This document shows, piece by piece, positions 27,865 through 41,460 of a stretch of DNA of 64,000 nt (positions are counted from its first letter, which is position 1; the number at the start of each line of letters is the position of its first letter). The position numbers were made by a program, and so were the translations under genes. The stretch is taken from NCBI GenBank assembly GCA_028023455.1, contig JAQFVV010000007.1, forward strand, positions 14,384,001-14,448,000, written 5' to 3'. This DNA comes from Epiperipatus broadwayi (taxonomy: Eukaryota; Animalia; Onychophora). The notes beneath the pieces were generated by a model, which made no database searches, was not told the origin of the DNA, and saw only the letters and a list, made by a program, of their open reading frames with translations.

Positions 27865-28045
27865 TAGGCTTACACACACCTGCACATATAATGTAAAATA
27901 TAAGGGATTTGAACTCAGACTTTCACATGACCCTCAACTCTCCATGCCATCTTATATTGCTGATACACCTGATCACACACATGTTGAAAAGATAAATAAT
28001 CACCAATATATGTATTTTCATGCTAAACCAGCAATCATCAGTTAT
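27865..28045 (+). repeat. Family C fragment
   Basis: GGGATTTGAACTCAGACTTTCACATGACCCTCAAC..AATAATCACCAATATATGTAT..CATGCTAAACCAGCA. Confidence 0.75.
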
Positions 28046-28219
28046 TGCAAATTATTTTTCTTAATTTAAATAAATCTACAGTTTTCATTTTATACTCAGT
28101 ATCCTGTCATAAACAGACTGACTTAAGCTAGTGTTTTCTTTCTAAATTATAATCATAATTTTTTATAGAATATGATAATTTTGGAGTGACAGAAGAACTA
28201 TTTCCACTCTTCATAAAAC

Positions 28220-28860
28220 ACTTTGATCATCAATAGTATTCTGTCCAATGAACAAGGCCAGAGAGTAGTCACATTATCAATTCATTCATTTTTTTGCATT
28301 CCATCCTCATTTCCATGTAACTTTTCCCTCCATTTATATCATCCATCAACATCGTTCTTTCCCATCATTTCTTCTTACTTTCACTCTCACCATCTCCTCC
28401 AAAACAACTTTCATTAAAATATAATTTCTTAATATATATACAATCCAGTTTCTCTTTATTTCATCAACCAACTTTCTTTTTTCATTTACTATTTTCAAAA
28501 TTTCTCTTGTTATTTTATTCATCCAACTTATTTTTTCATTTACTATTTTCAAAACTTCTCTTGTTATTTTATTCATCCAACTTATTTTTTCATTCTTCTC
28601 CACATCCACATCTCGAATATTCCAATCTGTTCCTAATTTTATTACTCATTGCCCATATTTTACATTATATAATATTACACTCCACACATAGCATTTAATT
28701 AATCATTTGCTTGCCTTTCAAAGGTTAGTAAAATATGTTATTTCTTTTTGCTATTCTTTTCTTTACCTTCATCATCATTTTTTCTATCCTACCTCAGCCA
28801 GCTGCCCAACTATCTAAATACCTTTATGTTGATAATAGTAATAATTAATTTTACAACTTT
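28220..28860 (-). mobile_element. RTE-like LINE 3' portion (decayed)
   Basis: ORF 28346-28609 reads KISWMNKITRE(V/I)LKIVNEKRKLVDEIKRNWIVYILR..KVVLEEMVRVKVRR, a typical RTE C-terminus. Upstream CYVWSVILY in another frame; downstream DDI and a TGATGAT-like tail. Confidence 0.85.
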
Positions 28861-29808
28861 AAAAGTAAAAATAAATTTTGATGTAAATCAAACAGTTTAT
28901 TTCTTGGAAGTTCTTAAGAAGATTCAGTACTGAAACTGTCAGAATAAAATCATAATTTTTGGACTTTTATTTTAGAATTGGTCATGTGACCACAACACTA
29001 ACCTAACAGGTATTTCAATGATTATTGCACATCTCTGCTCACTAATATCTACTGCAGTTGAATACACATATGGGATATTTTGAAATTGTGTTGTATCTTA
29101 ATGCTGTAATTATGGGCGCAGGTAACATGTGTCCAGAAAAGTTACTGAATATTTACAACAAAGTATAAGCAAGGTTTGTTTGTTTATACGTAATAAATAA
29201 AAAGCAAAAACTGAATTTATGTTAGATAATTTGAGGTTTTATTTATCATTTTCCTTTGACTTTGATAAATGAAAAGCGGAAAGATAAATTTTACCAACTC
29301 AAAAATGAATTATTGTATTCTTAAATGATTACTAACCCTAGTTTCGCCTTTATCATCACTATTTTAATTTTTGCAATTTCTGGTATTCGAAATAAACGCA
29401 TTTTAAATTTTGTAATGGCTGTCATTTTAAAACTACCAAATGTTATAATTATACACTATTAAAATATCAAGATTCTTTATAAATGCCCATGTATATGCTT
29501 TTTTTACTAATATTTATCTTTATTGTTATTATTGAAAAGTAAAATTTTTGACATATAAACAATTCAGCATTTAAAAACTTTTTTTTCTAAAACTTTCAAA
29601 GTTTTGTTAAAATTGTAAGGTAGGATTTTTTTTTTTAAAAAAAAAAAGAAGGCTTATTTTTAATAGGAAAAAAAAAACGAAATAAATAAAATAGGAACGA
29701 AAAAAAATTATGCTTTCATTTCTATTTTATTTTTTTCATTTGTGGAAGAAAATAAAAAAATGTAGAAGCCAAAATGCAGACAATTTTCTTTCAAACTATT
29801 ATATAATG

Positions 29809-29839
<31 letters not shown>

Positions 29840-30249
29840 GATTGATAAAATGCAAGTCGTTTATTAAAAATAATGGCTAATTCGAGTAACTATATATATA
29901 TACTACTTTAATTGCTCCAAAAAGAAGAGAGATGGAGAGGGAGGACAAGAAATTAATCCCAGAATCTTGTCCTTTTCCAGCTACATTTTGGGTAATGAAA
30001 TTTTTATTGTATCAATGAAAAGAAAATCTCAATAAATGGTGCACAAGTTCGCTATAAAATATCAATTATTGTAGAAACTAGTAATTTGATGTTTTTCCAT
30101 TTTGTGTATGTGTAGATATATATATCAGCCGCAAATTTGTTGATGATACTAGTAAATAATGCTCTCTTACACACACAATTTTTATAAAAGAGAAACAAAA
30201 AAAAGTATTTACATTTAGAACTATAAAATGTTAAATGATGTATTGCTCG

Positions 30250-30445
30250 AGAGTTCATAAAAAGTTTGAATGCTGGAAAAGACAGGTTTGAACACTATCT
30301 ATGGTTCTTGAACTCTAACGTTTGCTACTCTACCACTTGGAGTATCATAGATTTATTTTTCAGCAGTCTATAGGAATTTCAAGCTCTGGAGGATCTTGAA
30401 TTCCAGATCCATTCCTTTACCATTATACCCAGACCGTTCTAGGCG
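30250..30445 (-). mobile_element. Possible pair of decayed tRNA-derived SINE heads
   Basis: Minus strand GGTATAATGGTAAAG..GGATCT-GGAATTC-AAGATCC and AGTGGTAGAG..GTGTTCAAACC give A/B-box-like motifs. Confidence 0.3.
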
Positions 30446-30869
30446 TTGAGTAATTTATTGACAAAGAGATCATAAAAGGTTTGACAACAGGGAATGACAG
30501 AGCTGAGAACAAGTGTACAGATTTTAAGTTCTGAAATTTGGCATCATAACAGTGTATCAAATTATGCAAAGCTATTTGTAAATTACGACGATGGAAAAAA
30601 ACTTTTAGAAACTATGAACCATAAGAAAAATAAATCAGAGTATAACCAACCAGATTAAAAATCTGAATCATGAATAATCATGTGGAAATTGTCTTATTTT
30701 GGCAATATTGAAAGTTGATTTGATTTATTTAAAAATATATATATAAAGATTGTTTAATTAAAAGAAAAAATATGATTAATAAAATGAAAAGCACCATTTT
30801 GTAGTGCAGTGAGTATTTCAGATAATGTCACACATATGAATATCAATATAGGTGAGTTGCTCAGCCTAA

Positions 30870-31005
30870 TAATAGCAGCAGTGGCAGTAGTAAAAGAGGT
30901 TGTGGTGGTAGTGGTTGTGGTAGTTGTAGAAGTAGTAGTAGTAGCAGAAGGAGTAGTAGTAATAGTAATGCAGTAGTAGTAGCAGCAGTAGCAGTAGAGT
31001 AATAG
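30870..31005 (+). repeat. Degenerate (AGT/AGC/GGT)n trinucleotide tract
   Basis: Direct reading. Confidence 0.85.
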
Positions 31006-31709
31006 TCAATAAATGTCTTTGTAGCTTAATAATCATATTTATTTAGACTTGGATATATTTTCTGGGAGTGATTCAAAACCATCTGCATTAAATACATTAC
31101 TCCTATTTTTTACATTTTAGTGTAGGATTGCACCAGAGAGTGTAGTATAAAATAGAGATTGAAAATAATGAGAATATCAATTTTCACAAAATTATTTTTA
31201 AATCATGATGTTTAATAAATTAAAAAAATAATTTTAAATTTATTATTACAATCAATTAATAAAGTACATGTTTGATTTACAATTGTCATATTTATTTTTG
31301 TTTTGTTTTAGCTGCAACATATCTGGAATTATGTGATAATCTAAGTGTGTTGCAATTTAGTTATCAGCTGACAGATTTTTCACTTGTCTTCAAATCCTGA
31401 TGGAACTTAAAAAATGTCACAAAAAATATTCAAGAAAGTTTAATTTGTTTAAGTTAGTTGTTATGCATTTATGGATTATATACATAATTTTAAAGGAAAA
31501 CAGTAATGACAAATCATATAAATGTTGACTTCTTAAAAGTTGTTGATAAACTTGGAGAGAAATATTATTTTTTGGTGTTTTTATGGTCAAATTATAAAGA
31601 GGCTTTACCAGGCAGTGGAATATTTAGATCCACATTACCATTTATCTCTAACTTTTATACTAATAAAGTATTTATTATGATGCATGACTAATTTTCTTAT
31701 TTAAATACA

Positions 31710-32245
31710 TTTAATATATGAATTTTTTCTACAGTACAGGCTTTTTCATACCTGCACTTCAATATATAATATATAGGGGGTTAGAACTCACACTTTCACA
31801 TGACCCTCAACTATCAACGCTATCTCATACTGCCGACACACTTGATCATGCAATGTTGAAAACATATATAATCATCAATATACATATTTCATGCTAAACC
31901 AGCACTCAACATTTGGTCCAGATTATTATCTCCACACACATAAACAATCAATGCTCAGCTTATATTAAGTTAGCCAATCTTCATACTTTAATGGACAAGC
32001 TTCAATCCACTCCACCCCACAACTCTTTAGATGTTCATTTCATTGAAAATCTGATGATGGAGTGCTCAAAGCCCACGTTGGTGCCAACCTTCTCATCCTA
32101 CCCATGTTGCTCTTAAGTTATTCTGACCCCTCATGCACAGGACATAATCCATTTACATACATATATGAGGGATGGGAAGACCTTACAGCACTATATTTTA
32201 ATATATGAATTTTTTCTACAGTACAGGCTTTTTCATACCTGCACT
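31710..32245 (+). mobile_element. Family C complete unit (487 bp) with perfect 49 bp terminal redundancy
   Basis: 31710-31758 is identical to 32197-32245. The interior aligns to 22584-23000. CTGATGA at 32051. Confidence 0.75.
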
Positions 32246-32974
32246 CACCCCTATATATTAAATACATTTAATGTATTAATGTTATAATAACATTATAAAT
32301 ATTATTTCTTAAATTTAATAACAGTATATTTTGATGTTATCTGAATCACTGTCACTTTTTGATAACTCAAATATAAATGAAATTAATATGAAAGTAATAA
32401 AAACCTTTATTGAACCATTAAAGAACTAAACATTAGCAAAATAAGTATAGAATGGCCCACCTATACATTAGCTTAGATTGTATATAAGCATATCATTTAG
32501 TGATGTACTCATCACAGAGTGTGATTTATGTATGCTAACAACATTTCAGGACAATTATAAGCTGTTCAGAAAATACTATAGCTAATCAGAGGGCCTCTGT
32601 TTATAATGATTTCAGAATAGCTTATTGTTTTCCAAAATTATATTAGTGTATATGAATCATGATCTGCATATGAGCATGTCAGTAAATTCTATTCTTATGT
32701 GCAGTTAAGTGAGTCTATTCTATACTTATATTTACTGATAATTAGTTTATATATAACTCACAGAGGATTTTCAAAACTTCCACCTTAATTTCACATTTGA
32801 ACTGATAAATATGTTTCATAGTGATATAATTTAGCTACTCACCAATAAATTTTTTATGATGCTAATATGTCCAAACCATGACTTACAGCATGAAATGTGG
32901 CACTGAGTTTGTACTTTTGTCTATCATTTACAGTGCTCTTTTTGCCTTTACAAAATCTTGCTAATCTCTTGAAG

Positions 32975-33650
32975 CATTTAGTAGTATATCTGTGTGCACT
33001 GAAATACAGTTATGGGATAAGATTCACTGCTGTTTTGTGCTTTCAATGAGATTTTATCATTTCATAATCATAGCCAAAAGTTATCTGTGACAAGATGAAA
33101 TATATAGGCAACAGATATTTAAATATATGCAAATTGAGAATACCAAAGTCCATTTTTGAACAGGGCAAAACATGAACCTTTTTGGTTTATAGCATGGATG
33201 TTGTTAGCTATATGCCTTGCTTCTTTGGTCTTACATTTGGTATCATTATTCTATACATGCAATAGAAGCAGAGGATGGTTCAGTTGCATGGCCAATAGAC
33301 TTCTGGTGCTCTAGAAACATGAAGCTGTTTGAGCTTATCAATAGTTCTATATAAATAACAATACTAAGAAATACATGTGGAGAGGGATGCCTGGGATTCA
33401 CCACAATATAAGGGTCAGAACCAAAAGAAATCATGCTTTCCCCTTTCCAAAGAATGTACTTTGTAACTCTCAATTTGCATATATTTAAAGGTCTGTCACC
33501 TATATATTCGATCTTCTCCCTGATAATTTTTGGCTATGATTAGGAAGTGATAAAAATTCCTCAAAAGCCCTAAACCATATTAATAATATAACTATTCATT
33601 TAGCTTCTCTTGTAACTGTGTTTTAATGCACACAGATATATTACTGTTTA
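32975..33650. repeat. Long imperfect inverted repeat (~190 bp arms, ~280 bp spacer)
   Basis: ATATCTGTGTGCA..CATAATCATAGCCAAAA..TTTAAATATATGCAAATTGAGA (32.98-33.15 kb) is mirrored at 33.45-33.65 kb. Confidence 0.8.
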
Positions 33651-33799
33651 AGGTAAATATACATTTGTCTAAATCATGCCTTCATTGACAAATACAGTTT
33701 TAAAATATTACAATTATTCCTATAATATAAACTTAATTTTAAATTTTGTGTGTTTGGTTAATATTTTGTAATTCAATACTAGCGCTACAAATTCAGAAA

Positions 33800-34120
33800 C
33801 ACAAAGCTAATATTTAACATTTTATTAAACCATAGGCTGAGTGCTTTTGAGAGTCATGGCTTTCATAACCATAGCTCTTTGTGAAGTAACTGATTGCCTA
33901 ATATTATGCAAATCTATGCAAAGTTCAAGTAATCCATATCCTGGATATAGAATGATACATTTCCTTTCTGTTAATGGTGTTTCTATCTATTGCAATAAAG
34001 AAGGTCTTTTTTATCTTTCTTCTCAAATCATTTCCCTCTCTACAGACTAAGCTGATTATTTTTAGTTTGCATGCATTTCCTGCAAGCTTTTGGTGTTGTG
34101 CAAAAATGGAATTGTGTGTT
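33800..34120 (-). mobile_element. Decayed PLE GIY-YIG C-terminus, family G
   Basis: 34020-33925 reads RKIKKTFFIAIDRNTINRKEMYHSISRIWIT*, homologous to 14975-15130. Both are followed by TCAAAAGCACT(C/T)AG. Confidence 0.6.
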
Positions 34121-34374
34121 GGATTGGATTATACCTTTGTTATAAATATTTATATTGAGATAGTAATTTTGTTGAATTTAAAAGAACGTTTAATGTGATT
34201 TAGACATACTAAAATCCTAAAACTTATTTGGTTAATAACCAATCCATGTCACTATTGTGTTTATTCAGGGAGACTATTGTTGAAAGCCTGGAGATAGAAC
34301 AATCACCAGCCAATTTTATATTAGTATACATGATTTCATATCTTTCTCTATAAGATTATTAAAGTTAAAGAATT

Positions 34375-35335
34375 ATATGTAATTAAAGGAATTTGAACTC
34401 AGGATTTCTGTCTATTTATTCTCCACTCAGTCTTAAGCAATTGATACACATGACCACATACATGTAAAAAAAATATGACCCCCAACATACATATTTCATG
34501 CAAAACCTTCATTCATAAGTTGGGACAGATCATAATCTCTCACACATATTTACAATCAGTGTTGTTATCAATTCTTCAAACTTTAATGAACAGGCTTCAA
34601 TCTTCTCACTTTTCCAACTGTTCAACTATCCATTTCATTGAAAAACCAACCATCCTGATGCTCAAAGCTATTATTAGATTTAATATTGTAGTCATACCCA
34701 TGTAGATATTATGCCAATCTAACTCCTCATATTATCAGACCTTTATGTATCCATATACATTAATAGCAAAAGGATGGACTGAACTTACACTGAGATATAA
34801 TGTAATACTAAAGCAGTATGTAAGTGCTTATACTGAATATTTCCTATAATGTAATTAAAGAGATTAGGATCCTCCACTCCATCTAAAGCAACTCATACAC
34901 ATGTCCACATATATGGGAAAAAATACATAATAATATGAGGGGTTAGACTGACATAATGTCCACAGGGGTATGTCTACAGTATCAAATCTAATAAGGGCTT
35001 TGAGTGTTACTTCACTGGTTTGAATAGTTGGAAAGGTGAGAAGATTGAAGCTTGCTCATTAAAATTTGAGGAATTGCTATTTTAATATAAACTGAGCACT
35101 GATTGTATATATGTGTGGGAGATTGTGATCTGGCCCAACTGATGGGTGGTAATTCTGCATGAAAGGCATACATTGGGGATCATATAACTTTTTCACATGT
35201 ATGTGGTTATGTGCATCAATTGCTTGAGATCCAAGTGAAGAATAAGTACACTAAAATCCTGAGTTCAAATCCCTTTAATTACATATATAGGAAATATTCA
35301 ATATAAACAAATTACATACTGCTTTAGAATGGCAT
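34375..35335. mobile_element. Family C direct plus inverted pair
   Basis: Plus copy from GGAATTTGAACTCAGGATTT (~34388), a short second start at ~34850, and a minus copy ending AAATCCTGAGTTCAAATCCC (~35272). Confidence 0.75.
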
Positions 35336-36049
35336 TAAAGAATTATAAGAAATCAACGCAAACAGCATTTTAAATTAGAGTGTCTATCATTTGAATGAGT
35401 TTATCTTAAGTTTTATTTAATTATACCTTTAATTAGCATCGTAGCAAAAAGTGATAGCTTATTATAGCAATCTTCCAAGTGATGTGGTATTTATTTTATA
35501 TACTGAAATAAGCATACCAATGTTAAAAGGAATTGCCTAAGATTTTTAAATTAAAAAATAAAAAAAACTAAATCAAAAAATTTATGTAAAAGAAATAAAA
35601 TGTTAAAAGTGGCTTTTGACTTGAAAATTATATAGCAGATTGAATAAATAATTTAGTTTAAGTTAGTTATACCCATAAGACATCATTTTAATAATTGATT
35701 TATAAATAACTTGAATCTTGAATTGCATCAAGAAGTTATAGTTAATCACAGGGGGATTTGTATAAAGGTTTATGGTTAAACTTAACCTTTATCTACATAT
35801 AAGAATGCATGCAATTATTGAAGTAATAATATTTGGTATTCAACCACACTTAAATATTATTTTTAATAGTAGCATATATGTATATCTTATTCCTAATATT
35901 TATTGCAATGATTAATAAATTTTTATACAAAACTTACATTTGACTGAATTGTAGCTCACCGTTATATTCTACTCTTAGCCATATTAATAAAATTAAAATT
36001 GTTTTTCTTAATATTTTGAACATTAAAGCACAAATACATAAATAGAAAA

Positions 36050-37030
<981 letters not shown>

Positions 37031-39246
37031 AGATAGGTTGAAAAGTGGATAGATTCTCATATTTGATTTTTGAAGTATATCAAATTGCAGTAGATTCATT
37101 TTATCTAGAAAATTACCCTAGAAAGAAAACAACTGCACATTATCATAATGCCGTTTACATATACTGTATACATAAATTTGGATAATTTATTTTCAGGTGA
37201 AAAAAGTTATGTACAAAATTGATTTCCTATAACCAATTAAAACAAACAAAGCAATCGGATCCTCTTAGCAAATGATAGTTTTTAGTCATCAGTGGACTGA
37301 TTGTCCATTGTTTGTCATGTCCTTAACAAAGGTGTATTTTATAATTTATTTTTAAAGATACATCACAACTTTAATGAATTCTTTAAAATATTGACACGTA
37401 CAAATGAAAAAAGTTCAATATCTAAACAATCTTTCATAAAAATAAAAATAAAAATGTTGTCTTGAATTTAAGAAGGAAAAAAATGTTAAATATTTCATTT
37501 AAGACAGACATTTTGAAGCAGAAAATTAAACTACTAAGAAAAAAGTTAAAAAAAATACTGAAAACTTTAAAAATGTAGTTTAATTAAAAAAAAAAATTGA
37601 GATAGTAAAGTTGGAAACACATCACCTGGAAATGGAAAATGATTTAAAAAATAGATTAAACATTTATGAGAAGAAATTATTAGCTATGAATTATAAAGAG
37701 AAAAATACGACTTGATTTGTAAAAAAAAAAAAAAAGTCTGTTTTGAAGCATAGAACTTGTCTTTTTTATTGCAAATATTGAGCAGAAAATTATATATATA
37801 TTTACTACATCTTAAAACATTAATAACCAAAAATAAATCATACCACTGGCTTCCAAGATGTATTTTGAGTATCTCTCACGTTAGACAAGATTTTCTGAAG
37901 CTGTGTAACTGATATTGTTTTGTTTTTTATGATCTGTATTTTTCACTAAGAAAAAATTCATTTACAACAATTATCTTTAAATAAATATACCGTTTTAACA
38001 ATTTATGTATTTATTTAATTTTACATTAAGATTTTAAAAAATATGTTTGAAATTACCATGTTTTTGTATAAATACATTACATATGAATTTCATTGAAATG
38101 TATATCTATATCTTTAAAAATATAATTTTTGACTTGATAAACATTTGTTTGATAGGAATGAATCCTGATAAATACACTTCTGAAATAAAGTTGTGTAATA
38201 TTCATCTATAATTCAAAAGCAGTATTGCATGGCATTTAGGAAGTTATATAAAATAGTCTATCTGAAGAGATCTGGTTGCTCAAACTGCATCTTGGAAGCC
38301 ATCGATATATTTTTTCTAATATCTGTAACTGTAGATTTAAAAAAAATCAAAGGACAAATATGATGACTGGTATGCAATTGTATAAAAATATTATACATAT
38401 ATTTGACCTAATCTAAAATTAAAGAAAATATTATATCGCTAATGTAATAAAAAGTGATTATAATTACTTATATTTTTATCAAAATGCAGTTGTTATAAAT
38501 AAGTGCTTACTAAAATTATAAACCTTAAGATAATGTGTAACACAGCAGTACCACTACTTTTGCTATCATAAATCTACAAATACTATCATGTTCTATATAT
38601 ATTTTAACACATGTATTGTATATAAAATGCAAACATTTTAACTTGTGTATATTATATGTAGTACTATAGACATATCTATGATATAAATTGCATATTTATA
38701 AACTATTAATAGAATGTAAATTAAATCATGAACAAAACTAATTACAAAAATAAAATACTATTCAGTAAACAAACACATATGCATATTAGTGGTAGCATAC
38801 TTTTCATACTGTAGTGCCATCCAGTGAAAGCCTTAGTAATCAATGGTGATCATGTGACATATGCATTTGTGTAAAGATTATATTCAAAATTTTCTTTTAT
38901 TAAGCTGTTTTTACTATTTATTTTTGAATTTTATTCTATAACAAAAAGTTTTTTTTTTTTAAAAAAAATTATATATTTTAAATACAATGCAATATTTATT
39001 TCTTGTAAAAAGTAAATCAAAATTTAAAAAAATTATAGAAATTGGCATAATTTTTAAAATTATAGATAATATTTTGAAAAAATTACATACATCTGTAAAT
39101 ACTTTAACAAAATTAAAGTTAATAATCTTTTTACTAAAGAGGCAAAACTCTTCATACAGTAGTGCCACTCTGTGCCAACCAGAGTAATCAATGGATGCCA
39201 GAAGGCTTGTGCATAAAATCCCCATCTAGGGCCTACTCATCCAATA

Positions 39247-39289
39247 TTCCCAGACTAATTTCTGGCTTGTGGCCTTCATCAGTGATGAG
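39247..39289 (-). ncRNA. Minimal type I hammerhead ribozyme motif (best-preserved copy)
   Basis: Minus strand CTCATCA-CTGATGA-A-GGC-CACAA-GCC-A-GAAA-TTA-GTC-TGGGAA: core boxes, 3 bp stem II, GUC triplet, and stem I CA/UG. Extra A on each side of stem II is non-canonical. Confidence 0.6.
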
Positions 39290-39493
39290 CCTTGAATATG
39301 AGAGCACTGCACCTAGATCTTAGGATCTAATGCAACCCTCCAGCATCCACCTTTTATCTTTACGTAACTACAAATAATGAGAATAAAATTGAAAAAACAA
39401 TAATATTTTCAAACTAAGCTCAATAGCTTATATAATCATATGAAGGGTTGCATTAGATCCTAAGATCTAGATGCAGTGCTCTCAGATCCAAGG

Positions 39494-39536
39494 CTTTTCA
39501 CTGACAGAGGCCACAAGCCAGAAACTAGTCTGGGGG
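39494..39536 (+). ncRNA. Hammerhead motif copy with mutated CUGAUGA box
   Basis: TTCA-CTGACAGA-GGC-CACAA-GCC-A-GAAACTAGTC-TGGGGG (core 39501-39530). A more decayed copy lies at 39942-39971. Confidence 0.45.
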
Positions 39537-41460
39537 TATTGGATGAGTAGGCACTAGATGGGGATTTTATGCACAAGCCTTCTGGAATCTATTGATTAGT
39601 CTGGTTGGCACAGGGTGGCACTACTCTATGGAGAGTTTTTCCTGTTTAGTAACAGTTGTGTGCTAGCATAAAAGATGGTGATCATGTGATGTTTAATGGT
39701 TTAACACCAATCCTGCCTAATAGGATAGTGGAGGCTATGGTTGTTAAAGAGCCAAAGACACCAAAATATATGGGTGCTGAACTGAGTTCAGACCATATGA
39801 CTATATAAGCTATTGAGCTTAGATTGAAAATATTATTGTATTCTCATAGATTTGTAGTTAAGTAGAGATAAAAGGTGGCTGCTGGAGAGTTGCATTAGTC
39901 CTAAAATCTAGGTGCAGTGCTCTCAGATCCAAGGCTCCTCACTGATAAATGCTACAAGCCAGAAACTAGTTTAAGGATATTGGATAAGTAGGCACTAGAT
40001 GGGGATTTTATGCACAAGCCTTCTGGCATCCATTGATTACTCTGGTTGGCACAGGGTGGCACTACTGTATGGAGAATTTTGCCTGTTTAATAACAGTTAT
40101 GTGCTAGCATAAGAGATGGTGATAATGTTATTTTTAATGGTTTAATAAACTTTTTCTTTATTCTTCTTGTGATAAAATATAAGGATTAGTTTCACAAAAT
40201 GCAATATCTAAGTGATATTAAATTATTACTTGCGATTGCAAGGTACAATGTCAATTCAGAAAGCTGCCATTATGATACAATTTCAATATTTGGAGTAGAA
40301 AATTAAAATTTTATTTTTATTAATTTCTAATTTTTATAATATTTATTTTTTAATTATGAGTAAGTAAACTAATATATTTTGAAGTGTAGTAACAGGTAAC
40401 ATTTATTCAAATCTGTCTGTGTACATTCAAAAAGAATGATCACAAATCTACGTATGTTATATTACTAAAATATTATATAAAAAAAATCTACATATGTTTG
40501 AAAAATTAATCTTTAATTGTATGTATTATTTTTGCAAAATGAATTTAAGTTGTGATACATTGTAATTGTGAATTTTAATTACTATCATTTAATTAGAATA
40601 TTTTAATTATTTATGTATGTTAAAAGAATACTTATAATTATTTTTTATTTCATTAACACATTTACATTTGTTGCCCAATTTATTATATATGAACTGCTTA
40701 GTTGCAAAATCGATTAACTCCACAAAACATAAAATTAAGAAAAGTAATAAAACACATTTTTTAAATTTTCTGTAAACATAGTAAAATGTACATAATGAAA
40801 GTCTAATGATTGACTAATAAAATGTTATTATAGTATAATGTAGTATTGCAAAATAGCTTTTATCCAACAACATATACAATATTACAATAATATATCTTTG
40901 GAGTAATTACATTATAATATAATGTGCCCATATCTAAAGAAGTTAATCAGTTTGGCAAAATAAAATTAAAAAATAATACCATTGAATTCAATCTTCAAAA
41001 TATTGTTTTATTAGAGAAAAAACCCATTATAATACATTTCATCATTTTCCACATTCAACTAATTAGTATTCCCATCTGTTCTGATACAATAGTATATACT
41101 CCACAGCCCTAAAACGAACAGTCTTGGAAAGTAAAATGTTTTTTTTTTTTAATAATCTGAAAGTAATTGTTTCTACAATCGTTAAACTGTAACTGATTCT
41201 TTTACTTTCTTTTATGACGAGACAACTGTTTAGTATTGGTATTATTATCTAATACATATCACTGTATTAAAAAATTACTTAACAAAATTCTTATAAATGT
41301 TATTGCAATGGTTTAGATTAAAATATGGAGTTAATCTCATTGGCTTTTTGAAATAAATTATTTATTATTCAATGGTGAAAATAATTTTGTCAATTAATGA
41401 TATTAAGCCTAATTATTAAGAAAATCTATTTAGTATGTAAAACGTTAAGAATTAAATAAT

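Larger units (their letters stand above)
39130..40140. mobile_element. Family A PLE pseudo-LTR / retrozyme-like cluster: inverted copy (39130-39442) plus two tandem forward copies (period ~442 bp)
   Basis: GCAGTGCTCTCAGATCCAAGGC at ~39473 and ~39914, with its reverse complement at ~39289-39310. AIELRLK at 39809-39829 weakly resembles the GIY-YIG tail. Partial copies at ~38800-38860 and ~48850-48890. Confidence 0.8.

Noticed and set aside
33841-34050. Plus-strand ORF IALCEV..PGYRMIH..NGVSIY resembling an APE endonuclease N-terminus
   Set aside because: The minus strand gives a much better GIY-YIG tail that is homologous to 14975-15130; the plus-strand similarity is likely chance.
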